Positions 41,409 to 55,062 are shown, counted from the first letter of the stretch. The stretch: 64,000 nt of DNA from Octopus sinensis (GCF_006345805.1 NC_043007.1:35960001-36024000), one strand, 5' to 3'. The notes: generated by a model from the sequence alone, not told the origin. Translations and numbers: made by a program.

Positions 41409-42830
41409 GTAGGTCTTGGTGTTTGTCACCCACCACCACCGGACAACTGGTGCGGGTGTATTTACGTCTCCTATAACTTAGCAGTTTGGCAAAAGAGACT
41501 GATAAAATAAGTACAAGGCTTTGTCAGTACTGGGGTTGGTACATTCAACTAAAAATTCTTCAAAGCAGTGTTCCAGCATGGCCAGTCCATTCAATGAAAC
41601 TAGTAAAAAAAAAAAAAATTAGATTTTAGATACTTTTGAATAGAGCTGTAGGGGATAGAGTACATTGAAACCTGCCGTTGTGAACTGTGTGGCATTTCTT
41701 GAAAATGAATGGTAATGGATGGCTGTGTTTCTCTGAGATTCTGTGGCCTTCCAGGTTTTCAACTGAGCCTTTATTTTTGTTTCTGTGACATTGAGAAAAC
41801 TTGCCTTAACTGTGTGAGAGAGAAAGAAAAAAAAGAAAGTGAAGCAACAGAGTAGCTGGATGTAGTAAAACAGTGTATAGGTGTGTGTGTGCGTCCATGA
41901 GAGAGAGAATGGCGAAAATAGGTTGGATCAGAAGGATAAGAAAGTAAAACAGGAAAAAAATTGAAATATAATATATATGTGTATATATATATGTGTGTAT
42001 ATATATATGTGTGTATATATATATGTGTGTGTATATATGTGTGTGTATATATATGTGTGTATATATATATGTATATATATGTGTGTATATATATATGTAT
42101 ATATATGTGTGTATATATATATGCATATATATGTGTGTATATATATATATATATATGTGTGTATGTATATGTATATATATGTGTGTATGTATATGTATAT
42201 ATATGTGTGTATGTATATGTATATATATGTGTGTATGTATATGTATATATATGTGTGTATGTATATGTATATATATGTGTGTATGTATAGTATATATGTG
42301 TATATGTATATGTATATATATGTGTATGTATATATATATATATGTGTGTATGTATATATATATATATGTATGTATATGTATATATATGTGTGTGTATGTA
42401 TATATATATATATGTGTGTATGTATATATATATGTGTGTATGTATATATATATGTGTATGTGTATGTATATATATATGTGTGTATGTATATATATATGTG
42501 TATGTATGTATATATATATGTGTATGTATGTATATATATATATGTGTGTATGTAATATATATATATATGTTGTGTATGTATGTATATATTATATATGTGT
42601 GTATGTATGTATATATATATGTGTGTATGTATAATATATATGTGTGTATGTATATATATGTATATATATGTGTGTATGTATATATATATATCTATATGTG
42701 TGTATGTATATATATATATATATGTGTGTATGATATATATATATATATGTGTTATGTATATATATATATATATATATGTGTGTATGTATATATATATATA
42801 TGTGTGTATGTATATATATATATGTGGTGT

Positions 42831-42866
<36 letters not shown>

Positions 42867-44032
42867 ATGTATATATATATGTGTGTATGTATATATATAT
42901 GTGTGTTATATATATATATATGTGTGTATGTATATATAATATATATATATGGTGTATGTATATATATATATATATGTGGTATGTATATATATATATATAT
43001 GTGTGTATGTATATATATATATATATGTGTGTATGTGTATATATATATATATGTATGTATGTGTATATATATATATATATATATGTGTGTATGTAATATA
43101 TATATATATATGTTGTGTATGTATATATATATATATGTGTGTATATATATATATGTGTGTATATATATATGTGTGTATGTATATATGTGTGTATGTATAT
43201 ATATATGTATATATGTGTGTATGTATATAATATATATATGTGTGTATGTATATATATATATATGTGTGTATATATATATATGTGTGTATATATATATGTG
43301 TGTATGTATATATGTGTGTATGTATATATATATGTATATATGTGTGTATGTATATATATATATATATGTATGTATATATATATATATGTATGTATATATA
43401 TATGTATGTATATATATATGTATGTATATATATATGTATGTATATATATATATATATTATATATATGTATGTAGGTCTTGGTGTTTGTCACCCACCACCA
43501 CCGGACAACTGGTGCGGGTGTATTTACGTCTCCTATAACTTAGCAGTTTGGCAAAAGAGACTGATAAAATAAGTACTAGGCTTTGTCAGTACTGGGGTTG
43601 GTACATTCAACTAAAAATTCTTCAAAGCAGTGTTCCAGCATGGCCAGTCCATTCAATGAAACTAGTAAAAAAAAAAAAAAATTAGATTTTAGATACTTTT
43701 GAATAGAGCTGTAGGGGATAGAGTACATTTGAAACCTGCCGTTGTGAACTGTGTGGCATTTCTTGAAAATGAATGGTAATGGATGGCTGTGTTTCTCTGA
43801 GATTCTGTGGCCTTCCAGGTTTTCAACTGAGCCTTTATTTTTGTTTCTGTGACATTTGAGAAACTTGCCTTAACTGTGTGAGAGAGAAAGAAAAAAAAGA
43901 AAGTGAAGCAACAGAGTAGCTGGATGTAGTAAAACAGTGTATAGGTGTGTGTGTGTGCGTCCATGAGAGAGAGAATGGCGAAAATAGGTTGGATCAGAAG
44001 GATAAGAAAGTAAAACAGGAAAAAAATTGAAA
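41409..44032. repeat. Direct duplication of ~560 bp (41409-41966 and 43471-44032) separated by a TA/TG satellite
   Basis: Copies are identical apart from homopolymer/dinucleotide indels and about one substitution. Confidence 0.93.
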
Positions 44033-46719
44033 TATATATATATATGTGTATATATATATGTGTGTATATATATATGTGTGTATATATATATGTGTGTATA
44101 TATATATGTATATATATGTGTGTATATATATATGTATATATATATGTATATATATGTGTGTATATATATATGTGTGTATATATATATGTATATATATGTG
44201 TGTATGTATATATATATGTGTGATGTATATGTATATATATGTGTGTATGTATATGTATATATATGTGTATATGTATATGTATATATGTATGTATATATAG
44301 ATATGTGTGTATGTATATATATATGTGTGTATGTATATATATATGTGTGTATGTATATATATAGTGTGTATGTATATATATATGTGGTGTATGTATATAT
44401 ATATGGTGTGTATGTATATATATATATATATAATGTGTGTATGTATATATATATATATATATATATATAGATGTATGTATGTATATATATATATATATAA
44501 TATATGTGTGTATGTATATATTATATATATATGTGTGTATGTTATATATATATATATGTGTGTATGTATATATATCTATATGTGTGTATGTAATATATAT
44601 ATATGTGTGTATGTATATATATATATATAGTGTGTATGTATATATATATATATATATTATGTGTGTATGTATATATATATATATATATGTGTGTATGTAT
44701 ATATATATATATATATGTGTGTATGTATATATATATATATATGTGTGTGTATGTATATATATATATATGTATGTGTGTATGTATGTATATATATATATAT
44801 ATGTGTGTATGTATATATATATATATATGTGTGTATGTATGTAATATATATATATATGTGTGTATGTATATATATATATATATATGTGTGTATGTATATA
44901 TATATATATATGTGTGTATGTATATATATATATATATGTGTGTATGTATATATATATATTATATGTGTGTATGTATATATATATATGTGTGTATGTATAT
45001 ATAATATATATATGTGTGTATGTATATATATATATATATGTGTGTATGTATATATATATAATATATATGTGTGTATGTATATATATATATATATATGTGT
45101 GTATGTATATATATATAATATATGTGTGTATGATATATATATATATGTGTGTATATATATATATGTGTGTATGTATATATATATATATGTGTGTATATAT
45201 ATATATGTGTGTATGTATATATGTGTGTGTATGTATATATATATATATGGTGTATATATATTATATGTGTGTATGTATATATGTATGTGTATATATATGT
45301 GTGTGTATGTATATATGTGTGTATGTTATATGTGTGTATGTATATATGTGTGTATGTATATATGTGTGTATGTATATATGTGTATGTATATATGTGTGTA
45401 TGTTATATATATATATATAGTATGTATATATATATATATATATTATATATGTGTGTATGTATTATATATATATATATATATATGATATGTATATATATAT
45501 ATATATGTATGTATATATATTATATATATGTATATGTATATATATATAGATATGTATGTATATATATATTATATGTATGTATATATATATATAATGTATG
45601 TATATATATATATTATATGTATGTATGTATATATATATAATATGTATGTATGTATGTATGTATAATATATATGTATGTATGTATATATATATATATATGT
45701 AGTATATATATATATATATATGTATGTATATAATATATATATATATATATATGTATGTATATATTATATATATGTATGTATATATATATAATATATATGT
45801 ATGTATATATATATATATATGTATGTTATATATATATATGTATGTATGTATATATATATGTTGTATGTATATATATATGTATATGTGTATATATATATGT
45901 ATGTATATATATATAATATATATATATGTAGTATATATATATAGTATGTATATATATATATGTATTATATATATATGTATGTATATATATATATGTATAA
46001 TATATATATGATGTATATATATATATGTATGTATATGTATGTATGTATGTATATATATATATGTATGTATATGTATGTATGTATATATATATATGTATGT
46101 ATATGTATGTATGTATGTATATATATATATGTATGTATATTATATGTATGTATATATATATATATGTATGTATATTATATATATATATGTTATATATATA
46201 TATATATGTATGTATATATATATATGTATGTATATATATATGTATGTATATATATATATGTATGTATATATATATATGTATGTATATATATATATGTATG
46301 TATAATATATGTAGTATATATATATAGTATGTATATATATATATGTATATATATATATATGTATGTTATATATTATATATATGTATGTATATATATATAT
46401 ATATGTATGTATATATTATATATATATATATATAGTATGTATATATATATATGTATGTATATATATATATGTATGTATATATATATGTATGTATATATAT
46501 ATATGTATGTATATATATATATGATGTATATATATATATGTATGTATATATATATATGTATGTATATATATATGTATGTATAATATATATATGTATGATG
46601 TATATATATGTATGTATATATGTATAATATGTATGTTATATATATATATGTATGTATGTATATATATATATGTATTATATATATATATATAGTATGTATG
46701 TATATATATATGTATGTAT

Positions 46720-46754
<35 letters not shown>

Positions 46755-46906
46755 GTATGTAATATATATATGTATGTATATATAATATATATGTATATAT
46801 ATATATGTATGATATATATATATATATGTATGTATATATATATATGTATGTGTATATATATATGTATGTTATATATAATATATGTATAATATATATGTAT
46901 GTATAT

Positions 46907-46997
<91 letters not shown>

Positions 46998-47077
46998 TAT
47001 GTATATATATATATGTATGTATATATATATATATGTATGATATATATATATATGTATGTATATATAATATATGTATG

Positions 47078-47117
<40 letters not shown>

Positions 47118-47381
47118 TGTATGTATAATATATATGTATGTATATATATATATATGTATATATATTGTATATATATATGTATATATATATATATATGTAT
47201 GTATATATATATGTATGTATTATATGTATGTAATATATATATGTATGTATATATATATGTATGTATATATATATGATGTATATATATATGTATGTATATA
47301 TATATGTATGTATATATAATATATATGTATGTATATATATATTGTATGTATATATATATGTATGTATATATATATATATAG

Positions 47382-47413
<32 letters not shown>

Positions 47414-47519
47414 TGTATGTATATATATATGTATGTATATATATATGTATGTATATATATATATGTATGTATATATATATATATGTATGTATATATATAT
47501 GTATGTATGTATATATATG

Positions 47520-47551
<32 letters not shown>

Positions 47552-48095
47552 TATGTATGTATATATATATATGTATGTATATGTATGTATGTATATATAT
47601 ATATGTATGTATGTATATGTATGTATGTATATGTATATATATATGTATGTATGTATATGTATGTATGTATATGTATATATATATGTATGTATGTGTATAT
47701 ATATATGTATGTATGTATGTGTATATATATATGTATGTATGTATGTGTATATATATATGTGTATATATATATGTATGTATGTATGTGTATATATATATAT
47801 GTATGTATGTGTATATATATATATGTATGTATGTATGTGTATATATATATGTATGTATGTATATGTATATATATATGTGTATATATATATGTATGTATGT
47901 ATATGTATATATATATGTGTATATATATATGTATGTATGTATATGTGTATATATATATGTATGTATGTATATGTATATATATATGTGAGTATATATGTAT
48001 GTATGTATATGTATATATATATGTGTATATATGTATGTATGTATATGTATATATATATGTGTATATATATATGTATATGTGTATATATATACATA
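44033..48095. repeat. ~4-kb (TA)n/(TATG)n/(TG)n compound microsatellite
   Basis: Seen directly. Confidence 0.95.
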
Positions 48096-48600
48096 CACAC
48101 AGGTTATGAAAGAGAGCGAGAGTAAGTGTGATTGGATGGATGTCAATGTCCTAGTGAGCAAAAACCAGTGGAAAAGAGTCAAAGAAATGGAAGGATTAAT
48201 AATTGAGTGCTTTATAACATAGAAGCTGTGTCTCTAGTCCCTCCTCATCACCATCACCACCATCACCACTGCACTCTTTCTATATCATCTTGACATAAAT
48301 GAGATGATGCAACAGCCTCGGTGGTAACAATCACAACAACCACCTCGCTCTGTCTTTTTTTTTTCGACGGCAGACACCGTCAACCTTCGAAAATGGTTCT
48401 TCCTACTCAGTTTGAGAGGTTGATGTGCTACATACTGCTCTACATAACATACACCTTTCCTCCTCTCTTGCCAGTTTAACCTGTCTGGTCTTATTACTCA
48501 CTTTGCCACTATTTTCTTTCTCTTTCTCCTCAATCTTTCCCTTTTTGTATTTTCTTGCTCTCCCCACCTCTATTTTTCTCTCCCTTTTTCCTTTACTATA

Positions 48601-48992
48601 TACTCTTTTATTCTTTTACTTGTTTCAGTCATTTGACTGCGGCCATGCTGGAGCACCGCCTTTAGTCGAGCAAATATCGACCCCCCCAGGACTTATTCTT
48701 TGTAAGCCTAGTACTTATTCTATCGGTCTCTTTTGCCGAACCGCTAAGTGACGGGGACGTAAACACACCAGCATCGGTTGTCAAGCAATGCTAGGGGGAC
48801 AAACATATACACACACATACATATTTATACGACAGGCTTCTTTCAGTTTCCGTCTACCAAATCCACTCGCAAGGCATTGGTCGGCCCGAGGCTATAACAG
48901 AAGACATTTGCCCAAGATGCCACGCAGTGGGACTGAACCTGGAACCATGTGGTTGGTAAGCAAGCTACTTACCACATAGCCACTCCTGCGCC
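48601..48992 (-). mobile_element. SINE family A
   Basis: Matches the family A consensus. Confidence 0.86.
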
Positions 48993-49269
48993 TATCTATC
49001 TTTAATTGCTATCGTATTCTCTCTATTCAACTAAATTACACTCTCAAACTGTCTTCCAACACTTAAGTTTGTGTGGCTAAGGCCATTCTGGAGCATATTA
49101 TATTTACCAATTTTCTGGTGTAGCAGCTCCTTTGTTGGTTCATCCTTTTGGAGTTGAATGAATAACAAGTCAATAAAACTCCACCCTAAAAGGTAAGGCT
49201 CTAGCATGGCCACATTTGACTGAAGCCAGTAAGAGAATAACCTCCTTTATCAATTCTTGAAAAATATAT

Positions 49270-49499
49270 TTCTTTACTACCCACAAGGGGCTAAACATAG
49301 AGGGGACAAACAAGGACATACAAAGGGATTAAGTCGATTACATCGACCCCAGTGCTAAACTGGTACTTTATTTATCGACCCCGAAAGGATGAAAGGCAAA
49401 GTCGACCTCAGCAGAATTTAAACTCAGAACATAACGACAGATGAAATACCGCTAAGCATTTCGCCTGGCGTGCTAACGTTTCTGCCAGCTCACCGCCCT
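49270..49499 (-). mobile_element. SINE family B, full length
   Basis: Minus strand GGGCGGTGAGCTGGCAGAAACGTTAGCACGCC...GTGGGTAGTAAAGAAATA. Confidence 0.85.
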
Positions 49500-49502
49500 G
49501 TT

Positions 49503-49596
49503 AAATATGGAACGCTTCACGAATTTGCGTGTTATCCTTGCGCAGGGACCATGCTAATCTTCTCTGTATTGTTCCAATTTTAGTATATGTACTGCC
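49503..49596 (-). pseudogene. U6: U6 snRNA copy, 5' ~11 nt missing (probable pseudogene)
   Basis: Minus strand GGCAGTACATATACTAAAATTGGAACAATACAGAGAAGATTAGCATGGTCCCTGCGCAAGGATAACACGCAAATTCGTGAAGCGTTCCATATTT; ACAGAGA box and AGC triad intact; about three transitions versus conserved U6; 5' arm of the 5' stem absent. Confidence 0.92.
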
Positions 49597-50350
49597 AGAC
49601 AGTGGCAAGGTTTGAGCCTCAGACATAGAGGCATGGCTATGAATACTGCCAACTGCTGCTCTGTCATTTCTGCCACTTCTGAGTAACACTTTTTAATTTT
49701 GGCACAAGGCCAGCAATTTCAGGGTGTTGGGGTTAGTTGATTACATCACCCAATGCTCAACTAGTACTTCATTTTATTGACCCCAAGAGGATGAAAAGCA
49801 GTTGCCCAAGACTGAATTTGAACTCCTAATGATTCTGTCAGCTTGCAATTTTGATATTAGTAATAATCCTATCTTCTATAGGCACAAGACATGAGTTTTT
49901 TTTTTAGGGGAATGGGCTAATTGATTACGTACTTATTTTTATCAACCCTAAAAAGATGAAAAGCAAAGCGGTGCTCCAGCATGGCAGCAGTCAAATGACT
50001 GAAACAAGTAAGAGTAAAAAGAGTATTAAAATGATGATATACGCTCTTGTGTGAGTGAACTTTTGTTACCATCTGTCATCATGTGCATTCACTGTTTGTA
50101 AACAAAAGCTTCATTGATCAAACAGGTAATGTTGTTTGCTTGTATCACCACAAAAGCAAGTCTGGGCTTCTTCTTGACTTGTTGCTTGTTCTTTACAAAG
50201 CAAAACACATCCAAATGGTGTTGTTTGTTCACTTTTGTTTACATTACTATGTCCAGGCTGAGCAAATATTGCATGGCAGTGTGTCTAATAACTCTGTGAA
50301 TTTACTGCTTTTATGTATGTGTTGACTGTGTGTATTATATATTATGTATA

Positions 50351-50570
50351 AGGTGGCGAGCTGGCAGAGACGTTAGCATGCCGGGCAAAGTGCTTCGCAG
50401 TATTTCGCCCGTCACTATGTTCTGAGTTCAAATTCCGCCTAGGTCGACTTTGCCTTTCATCCTTTCGGGGTCGATGAATTAAGTACCAGTTACGCACTGG
50501 GGTCGATGTAATCGACTTAATCCCTTTGTTTGTCCCCTCTATGTTTAGCCCCTTGTGGGTAATAAAGAAA
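50351..50570 (+). mobile_element. SINE family B
   Basis: Matches the family B consensus. Confidence 0.83.
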
Positions 50571-50679
50571 CATATTATATATTATGTATGTCTAATGTCA
50601 CCTTTACTTGTTTTCCAGTGTGGCTGTTTTACTTTGGAAGAGTCAGTAGAGTTCTTACGCGGTGGTGGATTCTGCAAAA

Positions 50680-52477
50680 ATGTTCAAGAAGCATAAAAAG
50701 CCAGATCGTGCATTGTACGTGTTCCCTGCACGTCGCATGAATGCAGAAAACGAATCACAGCAGAAGTCTTCTTTAATTGATGATGAACCAGAATACAACA
50801 ACAACAACAACAACAGCTGTGTCAATGTCGCTCACAGAAACACTGCGAACACTGCTATTACACATCAACATCAACACCTGGAGTCTTCTCCAAGCAGACA
50901 GCAACGTACTGTTTCAATCGCCCCAAAGGATCAAGTAAATGGTCTCCACAAAATTCTGTCCAACAAGTTAAATAACGAATCCTCTCCATACAAACAACAG
51001 CGTAATATTCCGAGAGCTAGCAGGGTTCCATCAAACAAGTTTAATAATAAAACTTCCCCTAACAGACAACAACTTATCGTTACTTATACCAGCAAGGACC
51101 AGATGAATAATGGCATCCACAAGACTTTATCAGATACTTTGAATAATACATCTTTTCTAGATGAGGGTGAATTTGGTGTGACTAAGGAGGTTAGTCATGA
51201 TTTTGGTTGTTCCAGACAGTTCGGTCGTGCTAGGCAGCCATACTCCTCAAACTCACAAGGAACAAATAAATTCAAGGCAGCAGGAAGAGGAAGGCTGCTT
51301 TCCCTTATGGAAGATTACTTGAAGATGGAATCGGAAGAAAGGAATGGCCATAGTAAAGAATCTGATTCTTTGACATCTGCAGATACTTGTGGTACTGTGA
51401 TCCGCAATCAGCATACAGTACACAATAATTCTCATCCAAACTCCTCATCTAATGGTGTTTTACGAAACAAACGTGAGAATCCCAGAATTTTGGGTAAAGG
51501 GAGAGCTCGCTTAGCTAAAAAGTCTACAATGGCTGAAAAAAAATCTCCAAGAGTTTCATTGGACAGAAGCTCATTGAAGAGTCCAGACATGTCAGCTGGA
51601 CAGTTTGACTCCTGTGATCAAGAGGATGAACTACAACAACAGGAAGAAAAATCTCCAAGAGCCTCGTTGGACAGAGGCTCGTTGAAGAGTCCAGACATAT
51701 CGTGGGACAGTTCTGAAATTCCAGCTGAAGACAACACTACTGAAAAGACTGCTGTGGAAAGCAAACCTCTGAGCTGGGCTGAAGAAATGAGAGAATTTGA
51801 TCGACTTCATCTTAAGGGTAATAACAGTGATTATGATGATGATGATGACGATGATAGTAATTGTAGCATGTCACCACATGTTCTGAGGAATTCAGTTGAG
51901 AAAGAGAATCAATACAACAGCAGATCACCTGAAAATCATGTTTTATACAAAACAAATAACTATTCACCCAATGGAAACCAATTTTCTGATAATGGAGTAA
52001 ACAACAGGCATCGCTCTAAACATCGGATTAACACACGATGGCGGACAGTCTCCAATGATCCCAGTTCTAATGGTAACGGTTTCAACTCTAGAAATAAACT
52101 AACATCTAGTTTTGTCGTCAATGGAAATGAAGTTTCTCCGAAAGACCTACGGCATAGAATAAGTAGCATCGCAAACAATGGGAGAATTAACACTTCTTCA
52201 TATGGGAATAAACAGACATCACTAACACACGGTGACCATACTGAAAGAATAACCAAATCTTGGGAAGAAAGCTTTCGATCACGATGTTCAGCAGCTGGCT
52301 ACAAATTCTTCGATACTCATTGTCACCTAGATAGAATCTTTGATGATCTGAAAAGCAAATCAGACAAACAGTTTTCAAATTTCAAAGAATTTAAAGAGGC
52401 AAATTGGACAACATTTCCAAAAGAATTTGCTGGTTGCTTAACTGTTTTTTGTGATCCTTGGAAATTTGATTCTAAAG
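50680..52477 (+). CDS. TATDN2: TatD DNase domain protein 2, coding exon 1 (long disordered N-terminus and start of TatD domain)
   Basis: Acceptor TTGTTTTCCAG at 50618; in-frame TAG at 50647-50649 precedes ATG 50680; FFDTHCHLD..FPKEFAGCLTVFCDP matches TATDN2; donor AAAG|GTTAGT, phase 1. Confidence 0.9.
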
Positions 52478-52747
52478 GTTAGTCTTATTGAAACTATTTA
52501 GCTTTCTTTTTTGTATTTTTACTTTCTTATCCCATGCTTGTTGTTTTACCATGTATTAGTTTTTCTACATAGTAACAACCAATATATATGCTTAAATGTA
52601 TTTGTTTTTCTCTAATAAATTGCACTTTGGGAGGCTCTGATGAAACTATAAGGTGTTACTCAGGCACTCAACTATGAATCAGTGGAAACAACTGTAAATT
52701 AACAAAGTTCATAAAATCATTTATTAATTTGTCATCTCTTTTCTTGC

Positions 52748-53345
52748 CTCACTGAGGCAATGACTAGTGACCAAGACCTTTGGAAATATTCAGTGCGTGA
52801 GAAGATCCGGCAAGCCATATGAGACCATAACCTGTGGCCTATGCCAGGGGTGTAACCAGCCAACTTATGCGTACCTTTCCTTCATTAGACACTAAACTCT
52901 GCTTGCGAAGACCTGTTGAGGCAAGTGAAATCGAAATCAAATCAAATTTGCAAATTCGATGACTGACACCCGTGCCACTGGAGTGCTAAGATCACCATCT
53001 GAGTGTGATCGCTGCCAGCGCAGCTGACTGGCTTCCGTACCGGTGGCACATGAAAAGCACCATTCAAATGTGATCGTTACCAGCGCCGCCTTACTGGCAC
53101 ATGAAAAACATTTGAGCGTGACCATTGCCAGTACCGCCTGACTGGCCCCCATGCCGGTGGCACGTAAAAGCACCCACTACACTCCCGGAGTGGTTGGCAT
53201 TAGGAAGGGCAACCAGCTGTAGAAACTCTGTCAGATCAGATTGGAGCCTGGCGCAGCCATCTGGTTCACCAGTCCTCAGTCAAATTGTCCAACCCATGCT
53301 AGCATGGAAAGCGGACGTTAAATGATGATGATGATGATGATGATG
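52748..53345 (+). mobile_element. RTE-like LINE 3' end: ORF2 terminus plus full 3' UTR
   Basis: LTEAMTSDQDLWKYSVREKIRQAI* followed by tandem GGCAC(G/A)T(A/G)AAAAGCACC units, AGGAAGGGCAACCAGC and (GAT)n tail. Confidence 0.78.
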
Positions 53346-55062
53346 AATAACTCGTATAAATGTTGGTTGGTTTCTCTGGTAATGCTTTACATTGTATGAA
53401 GAGAAGAGGAAAGAGTGTAGAAGAGAGATACAGAGAAAGTTGAGGTGGAAGTGCAAAATGAGTATCTGGTGATATATATCCATCTAAGAGTCCATAAGTC
53501 AGTTGATGTGTCTACCCACCTCCAACAATGGATACCTCTGAAGAGCACAGGGTTACATAATCGGACTGTTACCTAACGCTGTTGAACCCCCTGTGTGAAA
53601 CCGAAAAGCTCAGCTGTAATGGATATACAGTACTTTACATTTCAATTAATACACATAGACACAAACACACACACACACATGTATGTACATATATATACAA
53701 CATACACACACATAACGTAAGAGAGATTAGGTTGTCTGTATCCCCATTAAAAAAAAAATTTTCTCAAGGTCATTCATTATTCATGGATTTAGTGTTTGTG
53801 CGCTGTGAGATGATGATTGTGTTGATGATTGATCACAGATGTATGCTGAGCACATGGTTAGAGGCAACAGAAAGTGCTGATGCACTAACTGCCAAAAGGT
53901 CGCAAGTTTAAACCCTAGCTGGAGTCGTTAAATTGTATATTCATTCAAGCATGCCACATTAGTAACTCTGTTTGCTTCAGGCTTCTTCACTGAAACAAAT
54001 AAGCCTTCCTTATCTTCATTTATTTATCTTCTTCATTCTGATTCCTTGGGTTTTTTTTTACGGTTCATTGGTTAGCAAGCTGGAATAACATGCAACTATT
54101 AAGAGAATCATTGTTGCATTGATTCACATGCAAATATGCAATATTGCATATTGCTGAAACAATTGTTTTTACGGCTAAATGCATTCCATTGCTATTGCTA
54201 ATCACTGAGGCGTGAATTAGGGAATGAGTGGGATCTATTTCAGCCTAACCTTTCTAGCTCAGTCGTGGTTCAATTGTCTCTTGTTGTTGTATTTTTGCAA
54301 AGAAAAGAAAAGAAAAAAAAAAATTCTTCAGCTGCAATAATAATTGATAATGATATAATAATAAGTTTTGAATTTTGGCACAAGGCCAGCAATTTTCAGG
54401 AGACTGGAGGTAATTGCTTACATTGACCTCATTATTTGACAGGTACTTTATTTTATCAACCTCGAAAGGATGAAAGGCAATGTTAACCTTGGTGAGATTT
54501 GAACTACGGCAATAATAATAATAATCCTTTCTACTACAGGCACAAAGCCTGAAATTTGTGGGGAGGGGACTAGTCAATTACATTGACCCCAGTACTCAAC
54601 TGGTACTTAATTTATCCACCCTGAAAGGATGAAAGGCAAAGTCAACCATGGCAGAATGTAAGGACGGACCAAATGCCACTAAGCATTTTACCTGGTGCGC
54701 TAACGATTCTGTTGGCTTCCTGAAAACAATAATAATAATAATAATAACCCTTTCTATTGTGGGCACAGGACCTGAAATCCTTGGGAGAGGGGACTAGCAG
54801 ATTACATCAAATCCAGTGTTCTGTGATGGGATTCTTTCAGTTTCCACCTATTAAATCCACTCACAAGATTTCGGTCAGTCTCGGGGCTATAATAAAAGGC
54901 ACTTGCCCAAAGTACCCTACAGTGGGACTGAACTCAAAACCATATGGTTGGGAAGTAGTTTTTAACCACACAACCATGCCTGCACACACATTAAAAAAGT
55001 GAGAGAGAGAGAAAGAGATGTTTTATAAATATGAAATGATTTCAAATTTTGATCTCTTGCAG

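Noticed and set aside
41806-48222. Long YI/CV/HT-rich ORFs up to 575 aa
   Set aside because: Translations of TA/TG microsatellite, which lacks stops in several frames
49503-49596. Functional U6 gene
   Set aside because: 5' end missing, substitutions at conserved positions, only three terminal Ts, no TATA seen upstream
50662-50679. GTG start given by the ORF track, and read-through to TAG 52482
   Set aside because: Eukaryotic gene: ATG 50680 is the first in-frame ATG after a stop, and the exon splices at 52477
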